DNA of 64,000 nucleotides, from contig NC_135880.1 of the NCBI RefSeq assembly GCF_964194155.1, positions 214,396,001 to 214,460,000 of the forward strand, written 5' to 3'. The notes below the pieces were generated by a model. That model made no database searches, was not told the DNA's origin, and saw nothing but the letters and a program-made list of their open reading frames with translations. A program made the translations under genes and the position numbers. This DNA comes from Cetorhinus maximus (lineage: Eukaryota). Positions 12,508 to 23,251 of this stretch are shown piece after piece. The first letter of the stretch is position 1; each line of letters starts with the position of its first letter.

Positions 12508-13742
12508 ATGGAGCCTGGTGACCCAGCTGTATGCCTCATAGCTTACAGAGAGCGGAGACGAAGGAGAAGAGAGTGACAGAGACACCTGCTGGGCAGAGAG
12601 GGGAGTAGCACCCTCAGGAAGAAGGGGCAGCTGGGGCACCCACACACACCACTGAAGAGCCACAGGAAGCCGTCGCTGGTCGGCGCCCAGATAAAGCCAA
12701 GGTCGACAGATGGAGATTGCCATTCATGCAGATGACCAAGAACCAGTGTCGCCAAAGACTGTGCATGTTCAGGGAACTGGTCAGTCACATCTGCCAGGTC
12801 TGCAGGATTTGGTGCCATGGGAACATGGAGGGCATCCATTGCCAGTGGCTGTGAAAGTGACCATAGTGCTCAATTTTTACACCAGTGGCTCCTTTCAGGG
12901 CTCCACAGGTGACCTCTGTGATATATCGCAAGCCTCCGCACACAAATGCGTCCATGAGGTCACGGATGCCATCTTGGCGAAAGCACACAGCCAGGAAGCA
13001 AGAGCACCTGGATTTGGGGAGATCTGAAGTTTCCCACAAGTGCAGGGTGCCATTAATTGCACTCACATGGCACTCAGATCTCCGTGGCAACAAGCAGTCA
13101 ACAACGTCAACCGCATGGGTTTCCACTCGCTGAATGTTCAGCCAGTGTGCAACCACCACAACTGCATCCTGCAGGTCTGTGCACGGTTCCCAGGGAGTGT
13201 CCATGACTCCAACATTCTCAGTAGGTATCAGATTCTTGACATCTTCTAGAGTCCACAGAAGCTGCAGGATTGGCTCCTCAGGGACAAGGGCTACCCACAG
13301 AGAACGTGGCTGATGACAACCGTTTGGCAGCCTCAGAGTGCAGCAGAGTGCGGGTACAACAAGGCTCATGCTGCAACTCGCACCTTGGTGGAGTAAACCA
13401 TTGGAATGTTGAAAATGAGGTTCCGGTGCCTGGGCCGGTTTGGTGGAGCCCTGCAATACAGTCCACAGAGGGTGTCCTGCATCGTCATCACCTGCTGCAC
13501 TCTTTACAACCTGGCACTGCAACGGGGAGAGAAGCTGACTGAGGAGGAGATGGAGGAGCTGCCCTTCTCCTCTGGTGAGGAGGATGTCGACAGGGATGAG
13601 GGCGAGGAGGTCCTCGAAGGTGGGGATGAGGGTGAGGAGATCCTCAAAAGCGAGGATGATGGCGATGAGGCCATCGCACTGGCCATGCAGGGCTGCCCTC
13701 ATAGCTGTTAGGTTCATGGAGGATGATGATGACATGCAGTGA
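12508..13742 (+). pseudogene. Harbinger DDE transposase (HARBI1-like, DDE_Tnp_4), inactivated
   Basis: Motifs AVKVTIVLNFYTSGSFQ, GAINCTHMA, NRMGFHSLNVQ, ARFPGSVHDS, DKGYP, GMLKMRFRCL, CCTLYN and an acidic C-terminal tail. In-frame stops at 13025, 13247 and ~13393. Confidence 0.93.
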
Positions 13743-14447
13743 GGAGACACCATAGATCCTTATATTGCATCTGTAGACATTTGTGTCTCTTGTCTGGCTT
13801 ATGGCAGTGCACATACCCTCTGTGATAAGGTTCCAGTCATGGAGATACAGCAGATGCCCATAGTCCCTACATTCCAGGAGGATGATGACGACGTACAGTG
13901 GGGATACTATAGATCCTCACATAGCTTATGTGAATGTTTGCCTCCTGTCTGGCTGATGGTACCTTACTTATGCTCTCTAAACACGGTCATATCATGGAGA
14001 AACTCTAACTTCTTCTGATCCTATGGCATCCTCCGTGAGCTGAATCCTTCAGGGTCACACTGTCACCGGACACAGATGCTGATGAGATGGGGGGGCAGCT
14101 ACACCTCAAAGATGCTGAGGGCACACAGAGAGAATGACGGAACTCTGTGCCGCTGGCCCAGGACATTCTGGAGGCAGTAATAGGCCCCTGTCAAGGTGCA
14201 GGCATGACTGATGTGTCCAGTGACAGTGAAGATCCCCCACTAGTGTGCCGGGAAGGTTGCATACTGCACAGGGAAGAGACTGAGACACTGGCTTTTATCT
14301 TGTGCAGGGACCAAGGTTTCACGTCTGAGTGACACGAACACTGTTCATCAGAACAAGGAGCCATAGGTAAGGAGACATTCTTGGGAGTTTATTTACAACA
14401 GTGAACATTATGTACAAGTGATTAACACCCGTGCCCAGGCTGTGCAA

Positions 14448-16190
14448 CTATATCATCCTAACCTTCCTAACCCTGCCTCTCTGTCTTGGTTCTCCCCCGA
14501 CAGCGGATGTTGAGGCAGCCTGCTGACTGGCAACACCCTGGCCAGGACTTTGGCCCCGTCGGGGAGGCTCGGCAGGGGGGCGAGCGGGACCGGTCAGGAA
14601 GCCGACCAACACCCGCAATCAGGGCCCGACCAGTGTGAAACCCACGCTGCAGCACTCAGCACTGCCTGTGTGAGGTGGTGGGGGGAGGGAGAGCGGGAGG
14701 AGGGCGAGCGTGCAAGTTTGTGCGTGCGTGCGGGTGCTGCCTGTGGCTCAGAGCTGCCTCAGGGAGAGGAAGATTTTGAAAAATTAGAAAAAAAAGATTT
14801 TAGTAGTGCGAACAACATGTCCCCTCACGTGGCTCTGTCACATGAACAGAAATTAATTCGAAAAATTTTAATTTTTTTCATGCCGGATCGATACCTCATC
14901 CCGTCCGTGGATGATGTTTCACAAAAATCCAAAGGCCGCTTGGCCTTTTTGCCTGCCCGCCAACAGTAACGGTTGGACCAGCAGTGAAAAATGTAATTCA
15001 ATTACACTTTTAATGGCCTTATTTAGGCCTGTTAATTGTCAGCTGGAGCACTGCCAACTCCCACGTGCGCCCGCCGACCGAAATATCACGGCCGGGACCC
15101 TCACCCGATGTCATCACACATCATTTTTCGCTTGTTCGGGTCAGGCGCACGCCTGCCCAACAAGCAAATAATTCTGCCCCCTGTCTGTGATGACCTTGAT
15201 GGGCGTCCTCTGGTGGGCCAAGACCTGGAGGGCACCGGCCTGCTTTCTGGGTCCTGCTGTGTGGCAGTGGCACCCTCCTCTGCCTGTGGCTACTGGGGCC
15301 ACAGGAAGCCAGGGGTGGGGTGGGGGGTTCTGATTGGCCGGACACTCCTGGAGTCACCTGGAGTAAATGGCTCTGGGGTGTGCACCTGCTGATCCTCCTC
15401 CCTCTGGGTGCCCAGGGTCCCTGATTCACTCCTTGAGCGGAAGCGGAAGCTGGCGTGAGATCGAGTTGCCCCGCACCCTTCTCGCATTGACACTATTGGA
15501 GGCCAACTATGGCGTCATTGATGGAATTCAGCTCACGTAGCAGTGCAGGACTGGTGTCCTGGACCAAGGTCTCCATGGCAGCCACCACCCTAACAGTGTT
15601 AACCTCCGGCACTATCATTTCAGACTGAAGGTGGACAGACTCCTCCATCGTGCTTTGCAATCTGAGTCCGTGAGGACCTTGATTTCAAGCATCCCTCCAC
15701 CAGTCTTGTTGTGTGCCAGCTTATCCTGCATGAATACAGATGGAGAGAGTGTAAGCAGGATGCCTGCCAGGCCAGATGATAAGTATGCCTGGCATGTGTG
15801 GGTGATAGTCATCCCATGGACGGGATGAGGACAAAGAAGACGTGTGAGAGAGTGAATGGTGATGTCCCTTGAACTGGCAGCGAGTGAGATCCCTGTTGAT
15901 GTGTGATGGGCTTGTGTGTGTGTGTGTGTGAGTTGAGAGTGTTGAGAAGAGTGACTTACTCTGGCGGAATGGAAGAGATCACGCATCCTCTTTTCAGCAC
16001 TGGGTGGCTGCCCTTTTTCACAGGGCGTTGGCGCTGACCACCGCTGCCACCATTTCCCATGCTGAATTAGCCACTTTGCCTGCTGGCCTTCGCCCAGAGC
16101 GGTGGTAGAGGACATCGCAGCTGGCCTCCACTGCGTCAAGGGAGGTTTTGGTAAACCTGGGGCAGCATGGCTCCTCCGTTTGGCAGCCAT
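14448..16190 (-). pseudogene. Harbinger Myb/SANT-like DNA-binding protein, copy 1 (internally deleted, MITE-interrupted)
   Basis: MAAKRRSHAAP...KRMRDLFHSAR followed by donor gtaagt (~15959). Exon 2 DKLAHNK..GGGMLEIKVLT is fused by deletion to exon 3 at ~15662. Homologous to copy 3. Confidence 0.85.
14540..15179 (-). mobile_element. Harbinger-type MITE, family A, copy 1
   Basis: Termini GGCCAGGACTTT...AATAATTCTGCCC with TSD CCT (14537-14539 / 15180-15182). The empty site is seen in Harbinger copy 3 (cgtcctgtctgtga). Confidence 0.85.
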
Positions 16191-17615
16191 GACCTTACAG
16201 CAGCTTCCTATCCCTGGAAGAGTGCTGGCTCTTTGCAGGGTCAGCCTTTAGCCATGGTGCCAGGTTTGGTGAAGGCCTGATGTGACGGCAGAGCGGGCGA
16301 ATGACAGGCTGCCCCACCAGCGACCCGGAATGTTCCTCGGGATTGCATGATTAATGAGGCGGGGTTAGGACCATTGCGGCTGGCGGGTAAAATGTCCTTT
16401 TTCCCGCCCACTACCGCACTTAGTGCAAATCTGGGACTATTCCGCCCCATGTATTTACATAGAAACAAGCACTTGCAGTGTTCCCTAAAACTTGAATGCT
16501 GGTTATAATATAAAAATATATAAATAGCAACCAATATTTCTATAATTTCAGTAGGTTTGTTTTTTTTAATCTTTTTAATTTGAGGAAAATTTGGACCTGA
16601 CTTTAAAGCAACATTCCCCATTTTCTCATCACAGACATTTATTTGATACAATTAGCGACTGAAAGAAAGAGTGCCTCACAGCTTGCTGTGTCAGTATTTC
16701 TATGTTCAGCAAAAATATAGAGCGATGTGAAACTCAAGATTTTAAACCCAGTGACACTTGGTCTTATTTTACTTCTGTGTCAACTATTTTGTTAAAAATA
16801 ATGGTATTTCTGTAACATATGTCTTGTCCTGAACAGCCTTCAGCACGCAGATATACAGGAACCCAAGAGCTTCTCTTGATCGTTGTGTTTTCTGCTCAGG
16901 AAATGGCATTTCTCAGGGAAAATGATGCACTCTTCAGATGGTTGCCAGGGCGACACATTATATTGTGGAACTGGTATTTTTCACCGTCTTGTTGGCCTTG
17001 ACAATTGCACTTTTATGAAGGATGGACGCCGCATGAACAGAGTGGATCTATGTTACCCTTGAAACTTCTAATACATGCCACTGTAAGGTTTTTTGTTTTG
17101 TGGCCTTTTTTCTGAAGTTATTTCTGTGCAAAGTTTTTATTGTGCGTGTTTGCTTTTGATCTAGAATTCTATTCAGTCTTCACACTTTGTTCTCTGGAAT
17201 TCTCTCCCTAAAACCTTCCCATTTGTTCCTTCCTCCCTCTTGAAAATGCTCAATGAAGACTGTTATCTATGACTATACCACCAGTTTCACCTCTTCCCAA
17301 GTTCCAGCCTTTTTCTTGCTTGTTGTCCCCCTTTAAGCGCTCTGAGACTCTATACGGGAGAAGTGGTTTATAAATGAAAATTGTTTTTAATACAATCATT
17401 CAGAGGACTCGCGGCCCGGCAGGATAAAAGTCATTTTACCCGCTGGCCGCAGTGGTGGGTTTTCATGCTGTATCGTCCCATTCCTGGCACGTCCTGCCTC
17501 ATTAATCATGCGTTCATGGGAAACAGGCCGGGTTGCTGGCCGGACAGCCTCTGATTCGCCTACCCCACTGTCACCTCAGTCCATCAATAATTCGGGCACC
17601 GTATTTAAAGGGCAC

Positions 17616-17902
17616 TGTTGGTACTTATGAATCCCATGCTTGTTGTGGGATGGCCGAGCCAGATCGAGTTGATCGGCAGATACTTCTTAGGTGGAACACT
17701 TTCTGTTTATTTACAAGGTACTCGGCAGCTACACATGTGTGCTTGTATACCAAACCCTATCTCCATACTTCTGACTACTAGCTACTGACTACAGAGGTAG
17801 CCCATCCTCCTCTTCTATTGCTTACACAAGATCATGTGATCTTCCTTATAAACATTCTTCTTAACGGTACACTACGCATTACATAAAATCATAATTACCA
17901 CA
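17616..17902 (-). repeat. 3' LTR of Gypsy element 1
   Basis: Direct repeat of 23252-23559 with substitutions and indels. Confidence 0.93.
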
Positions 17903-19362
17903 TCCCTCCCCTTTTACTTGGAACATACATCTTACATTTACAATTTTCTCAAAATAGAACATTATTTACACAGATAAGTAATTTACAAATTCAGTCTTTC
18001 TGGGGGTTTCCTTATGCGTGTAGAACATCTCAGCTCCACAACTTGGATGCTTTGTTAGGAGCCTCATTTTCTGGGAGTTGTCTGAACATCAGGTTCTTCA
18101 GCGGGTACCTGCAAATCTGTTTCCTCAACTCTTGCAGTACATCCGACACGTGAGACACATCTGTACTGGGATGAGTTCTCTCAACAGGAAATGCTGACCC
18201 GGTCATGAACACTGGTGGAATCAGTTCTTGGTGATTTGATTCTCTGTTCCTTAGATGACCCGCATGTCTCCGAATGACTCAGCCCTCCGCCTCCACGTGG
18301 TAAGATAGAGGTCCAGTCACTGCGCTTATTTCATCCGGAAACCACTTTGGTCCTTCTCCAAAGATTTTCACATATACTGTCTCTCCCACGGTAAATTTCC
18401 TCTCATGACTATGCCAGTCGTGTTTCGTTTTCTGACTTCCCTGTCTCCTTTCCACCTTCCCCTCTAAATTCGGCATTATTAAGCTCAATCTCGTCATGAG
18501 ACGGTGTTTCATCAATAACTCCGCAGGTGTGACACCTGTTGCTGTCTGAGGGGTGGGCCCTGTAATGGAAAAGAAAGCGTGCTAGCTTGGTTGCTATGAA
18601 ATCTCCAGTCAACTTCTTCATGCCAGCTTTGAATATTTGAACCGCTCTTTCAGTCAGTCCATTTGAGGAAAGGTGGTAGTGAAGTTTTTACATGAGTGAT
18701 ACCATTGAGACTGATAAACTGTTGAAACTCAGCACTCGTAACTGCCATGCTGTTATCAGATATGACTACTTCTGGTAGTCCGTGAATGGCAAAACTTTGA
18801 CGTAGCTTCTCAATTGTAGCAGAAGACGTTGGTGACTTCACCTCATATATGTCCATCTATCTTGAGTGGGCATCAACAATAAGCAGAAACAATGTCCCCA
18901 TGAAAGGTCCCACATAGTCAATGTGTAACCGAACCCATGGTCTTCCTGGCCACTCCCAAGGGTGTAATGGAGCTGTTGAAGGTAACTTTTGCAATTGCTG
19001 CACTGCACGCAATTCTTCACTAAGTCTTCCATTTCTCCATCCATCCCAGGCCACCATAGATAGCTGCGTGCTATGGTCTTCATTCAGGATATTCCTGGGT
19101 GTGCACTGTGTAGTTCAATTAACAACGGCTTTCTTCCTTTTGGAGGTACTATCACTCGTGCTCCCCACAATAAGATCCCATCTTGGCTGGTTAGTTCATA
19201 TCTTCTGTTGAAGTACGATTGCATTTAATCTGATACAGGCTCTTGTGACCAACCATAAAGCACTTGTTCTTGTACTGGAGATAGGACTGGGTCCCAACTT
19301 GCCCAGTCTCTGATCTGTCTAGCGCATACCGGCGAGGAATCTCAGAAATTTAACAATAACAC

Positions 19363-19479
19363 GGGCAGAATTTTACAGCACCCTCGCGGCGGGGGTGGGG
19401 CTGTAAAATGCAGCGAGCTGTTCAAAAGTCCATTGACTTCAGCGGGATAATAAAATCCCATCGGCATAAAATTACACCA
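19363..19479. mobile_element. Small Harbinger-type MITE in Gypsy pol
   Basis: GGGCAGAATTTT...AAAATTACACCA with TSD CAC. Removal restores the QELVLL reading. Related to 57208-57335. Confidence 0.8.
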
Positions 19480-19604
19480 CACAAGCTCTTGTGTAATTGG
19501 GACATCATCATCACTGTCTTGTAAAGGCAAACGACTAAGTACATTACAAAAACAGAATTACCTGGAAAAACTCAGCAGGTTTGGCAGCATCGGTGGAGAA
19601 GAAA

Positions 19605-19647
19605 TCAGTTAACGTTTCGAGCCTTCACGACCCTTCGGCAGAACTGA
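19605..19647 (-). ncRNA. Minimal type I hammerhead ribozyme motif (variant core CUGCCGA)
   Basis: Minus strand reads TCAGTT-CTGCCGA-A-GGGTC-gtgaa-GGCTC-GAAA-CG-TT-AACTGA. Stems I and II pair, and stem III is the palindrome AACGTT, as in PLE-associated hammerheads. Confidence 0.7.
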
Positions 19648-20019
19648 AGCATAGTTAGGAGAAAGGAGAAATATAAGCTGGTTTAAGGTGGGGGGGGTGG
19701 GGGGGAGAGAGAAGTTGAGGGTGTGGTGATTGTGGAGATAAGCAAGCAGTGATAGGAGCAGATAATCAAAAGATGTCACAGTCAAAAGGATCAAAGAGGT
19801 GTTGAAGGTGGTGATATTTGTCTAAGAAAAGTGCTAATTAAGAATGGAAGACAGGATACTCAAGGTACAGCTCTAGTGGGGGTGGGGTGGAAAGACTAAC
19901 AAGGTTTTAGTTTTAGATTTAAAAATAATGGAAATAGGTGGGGAAAGAAGAATCTATATAAATTATTGAAATAAAAGGGGAGGGGGGAGAAACGGGGTGG
20001 GGATGGGGGGAGGGGGAGT

Positions 20020-21156
20020 TTAAGATCTAAAGTTGTTGAATTCAATATTCAGCCCGGAAGGCTGTAAAGTGCCTAGTCGGAAGATGAGGTGCTGTTCCTC
20101 CAGTTTGCGTTGGGCTTCACTGGAACAATGCAGCAAGCCAAGGACAGACATGTGGGCAAGAGAACAGGGTGGAGTGTTAAAATGGCAAGCGACAGGGAGG
20201 TTTGGGTCTTTCTTGCGGACAGACCGCAGGTGTTCTGCAAAACGGTCGCCCAGTTTGCGTTTGGTCTCTCCAATGTAGAGGAGACCGCATTGGGAGCGAC
20301 GAATGCAGTAGACTAAGTTTGGGGAAATGCAAGTGAAATGCTGCTTCACTTGAAAGGAGTGTTTGGGCCCTTGGACGGTGAGGAGAGAGGAAGTGAAGGG
20401 GCAGATGTTGCATCTTCTGCGTGGGCATGGGGAGGTGCCATAGGTGGGGGTTGAGGAGTAGGGGGTGATGGAGGAGTGGACCAGGGTGTCCCGGAGGGAA
20501 CGATCCCTACGGAATGCCGTCAGGGGGGGTGAAGGGAAGATGTGTTTGGTGGTGGCATCATGCTGGAGTTGGCGGAAATGGCGGAGGATGATCCTTTGAA
20601 TGCGGAGGCTGGTGGGGTGATAAGTGAGGACAAGGGGGACCCTATCATGTTTCTGGGAAGGAGGAGAAGGCGTGAGGGAGGATGCGCGGGATATGGGCCG
20701 GACACGGTTGAGGGCCCTGTCAACGACCGTGGATGGAAAACCTCGGTTAAGGAAGAAGGAGGACATGTCAGAGGAGCTGTTTTTGAAAGTAGCGTCATCA
20801 GAACAGATGCGACGGAGGCGAAGGAACTGAGAGAATGGGATGGAGTCTTTACAGGAAGCGGGGTGTGAGGAGCTGTAGTCGAGGTAGCTGTGGGAGTCGG
20901 TAGGCTTGTAATGGATATTGGTGGACAGTCTATCATCAGAAATTGAGACAGAGAGGTCAAGGAAGGGAAGAGAAGTGTCAGAGATGGACCATGTGAAAAT
21001 GATGGAGGGGTGGAGATTGGAAGCAAAATTAATAAATTTTTCCAGGTCCCGACGAGAGCATGAAGCAGCACCAAAGTAATCATCGATGTACCGGAGAAAG
21101 AGTTGTGGGAGGGGGCCAGAGTAGGACTGGAACAAGGAATGTTCCACATACCCCAT
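20020..21156 (-). CDS. Penelope RT (C-terminal half) plus GIY-YIG endonuclease, open but 5'-truncated
   Basis: 378-aa ORF: FLRYIDD, LPFLD, HYKPTD, Cys linker CPRRRCNIC, NLVYCI...LYIGETKRKLGDRFAEH, GLN. Confidence 0.93.
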   Translation of the reverse strand: MGYVEHSLFQSYSGPLPQLFLRYIDDYFGAASCSRRDLEKFINFASNLHPSIIFTWSISDTSLPFLDLSVSISDDRLSTNIHYKPTDSHSYLDYSSSHPASCKDSIPFSQFLRLRRICSDDATFKNSSSDMSSFFLNRGFPSTVVDRALNRVRPISRASSLTPSPPSQKHDRVPLVLTYHPTSLRIQRIILRHFRQLQHDATTKHIFPSPPLTAFRRDRSLRDTLVHSSITPYSSTPTYGTSPCPRRRCNICPFTSSLLTVQGPKHSFQVKQHFTCISPNLVYCIRRSQCGLLYIGETKRKLGDRFAEHLRSVRKKDPNLPVACHFNTPPCSLAHMSVLGLLHCSSEAQRKLEEQHLIFRLGTLQPSGLNIEFNNFRS

Positions 21157-21258
21157 AAAGAGACAGGCATAGCTAGGGCACAGCCACGACTAAGTACATT
21201 GGCGTTTGCAATTTGATTTCCAGGCCTATGTACAAAAGTGTGCTGCCAGGATCAAGGC

Positions 21259-21850
21259 TTATTTGTGTTTCTGTGTCTTCTTTCTTCTTTTTGACACTGA
21301 CTTGAATCTTGGCCTTCTTTTCGATTTACATATTGGCCAGACTCCTCTCAGGTGCAAGCTCAGCTTGAGAGAACTCAACGGTTGAGCTTCTCAGAATTTC
21401 ATCATCTGTCTGCTTCTTAGAAAATTCTGCAACTTTTGCCTCCAAAGCCTCTCTGGTTTTGTTTACCTGATTCTTCAGCTCTTCCAACTCTTTTTTTGTA
21501 TTTGTTCGCTGGCCCCTGGAAAATTGAACATTATTGTGTCTTCTCTGCCAACTCATCCTTCAGTTTATTCAGAGAAATGTTGAATTCTTTCTTTTCATAC
21601 TTTTCCAGAGGTGCAAACTTAGACCTGAGGGAATCTTGTCGTGTGTGAGAGTCTTTCAGCAGCATTTCTTTCTCCTTTTGAAGGTTGCTCACCTCATCTC
21701 GAACTTTGCTTTGAGAACGGTCTATTTGAGTTTGTTTTGCTGTCCTACTATGTTTCGGCTTAAGTCTGCCTGTGTTTCTTTAGCTTGTTGAGTCCTTACA
21801 AATTCCTTTTCCAAAACAGGAATATTTCCTGCTTCCTTTTGGAATCTCAG
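21259..21850 (-). pseudogene. UACA: Captured host coiled-coil gene fragment (UACA-like) replacing Gypsy RT/RNase H
   Basis: Manual translation EKEFVRT..LSRNIVGQQNKLK / RDEVSNLQKEKEMLLKDSHTRQDSLRSKFAPLEKYEKKEFNISLNKLKDELAEKTQ*CS / KKELEELKNQV..REALEAKVAEFSKKQTDDEIL / KEDTETQISL. These blocks are colinear with the vertebrate UACA coiled coil as I recall it. Not database-checked. Confidence 0.6.
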
Positions 21851-23033
21851 TGGCCAATCAAGGTTGATTTCCCTCAGCCAGTTTCATCCTAGGAGGTTTA
21901 GTCCTCAGCGTCTCAATACCAACGCTGGTAGTTTAACCGATTGGCTTCTGTATTTGACAGTAACTCTACTTTGACTTGGATATCTTCACCTGTGTAAGTT
22001 TTTAATTTGGCATCAGTTTCTTCCAAACTTAATTTATGTTCACCACAATTCAGATATTTGAAGATGTGTTCGCCAATCACAGTAGTGGAAGCTCCTGTGT
22101 CCACTTCCATCCTGATAGATCTGCCATTCACTTTTCACTTTCACTGTAACATAAATTGGTTCTGACTTTCCAACCTTCAAATTAAATAATGAATAAACAT
22201 CTGAATGTGTTGCTTCAGGCTCTTCTACATTGTAGATCTCATGGGGTTTTCGCTTTTGTTTGAAAGTCTGCCTGATTCTTTCCTTGCAATGTCTCATTAT
22301 ATGCCCATTTCGATGACAATAAAAACATTTGATTTTTTTAAACTGCCAATCATCATAAGACTGCTTATTTCCACCTCTGCTGCAATTATTCCTTGTTTTC
22401 GCTGTTAAGTCATTTCTTTTTATTTCTCTGCTAGCGGAGGCTATTTCCCGTTTCTCGGCAGTGTCTTGCATTTTTGCACCCTTTTTGGCTGGAGTTTCCC
22501 ACCCAACATGGAGGACGGCGCCATTTTGCACTCCCTCTATGGCTTTTGAATCCCTTACATGGCCAGTGCTATCTCTAGCACCTTCTTAAAATCCAAATTT
22601 GTTATGGGCAGTAATCTTTTCTGAATCGCGTCCTCATTCACACCGCACACTAAATGATCTCTGAGCACATCAGTTAACTCGCAATGTTCTGTTAATTGTT
22701 TCAAACTTGCCACGTAACAAGAACTGTCTCCCCCAGGGCTCTATTTCTTGAGTTATACTTGAACCATTGCATTGTTACCGAGGGCTTCAGCTGGTAATGA
22801 GCCTTCACAAGGTTCCCCAATTCATCAAGGTTTTTCAAATCTGGGGCACTGGGTGCCATCAAAATTCAAAATAAGCCGTCGGCTTTATTCCCACATGTAC
22901 TTCAGAGGATCACTCGCCTCTTCTCTTCCCCCGTAATGTCATTCACTTGGAAATAGAACGCGCGGTGTTCAATATAATGAGACCAATCACCCATGGCTGG
23001 ATGGACAGGGTCTATTCTTCCGAATTGCGGCAT
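21851..23033 (-). pseudogene. Gypsy gag plus aspartic protease
   Basis: ATG at 23033 MPQFGRIDP..DWSHYIE; CCHC knuckle CFYCHRNGHIMRHC; MEVDTGAS; LLG*NWLREINLDW. Confidence 0.92.
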
Positions 23034-23251
23034 CCTGTGAGGGGATTACTTTGACAATTCAGAAATTCTACTGATAATTGCTGTGCGAGGTACAGCCCAA
23101 TTCCGTTTCTCTCAATTTCTTCCATTAAGTGATTTTACTCTTGATGCTAGATCATTTTATCTTCCTTCTATCCTTGATTTTTGTTTGCTTTTTCCTTGCT
23201 TCATCCTCGTCGCAAGTTTGTTGAGTCATCGCTTTATCCTCGTCGCAAGTT

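Larger units (their letters stand above)
12200..16447 (+). mobile_element. PIF/Harbinger DNA transposon, copy 1 (left end missing)
   Basis: Transposase (+) and Myb-like gene (-) are convergent. The right terminus GGGACTATTCCGCCC at 16447 is homologous to the copy 3 terminus at 50109. Confidence 0.9.
19546..21185 (-). mobile_element. Penelope-like retroelement (Neptune-type), 5'-truncated, young
   Basis: Perfect 15-bp TSD ACGACTAAGTACATT (19531-19545 / 21186-21200), RT-GIY-YIG ORF, and a 3' terminal region with a hammerhead motif. Confidence 0.95.
17983..21258 (-). pseudogene. Gypsy RNase H C-terminal tail and integrase (interrupted by Penelope and a MITE)
   Basis: ALILAA..FVHRPGNQIANANVLSR|LPL; HHCC motif LHSAHPG..MKTIARSYLWWPGMD..CVQC; HPWEWPGRPWVRLHIDYVGP; HGLPEVVISDN; C-terminal RCSTRIRKPPERLNL*. 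Frameshifted. Confidence 0.92.

Noticed and set aside
12508-13742. Domesticated HARBI1 gene
   Set aside because: Three diverged copies with stops, TIRs and linked Myb genes indicate transposon relics, not the host gene.
12785-13753. 322-aa minus-strand ORF
   Set aside because: It is the in-register antisense shadow of the GC-rich Harbinger transposase, with no motifs of its own. The equivalent region is broken in copies 2 and 3.
20520-21170. 216-aa overlapping Pro/Ser-rich ORF in Penelope
   Set aside because: Alternate-frame artefact of C-rich codon usage.
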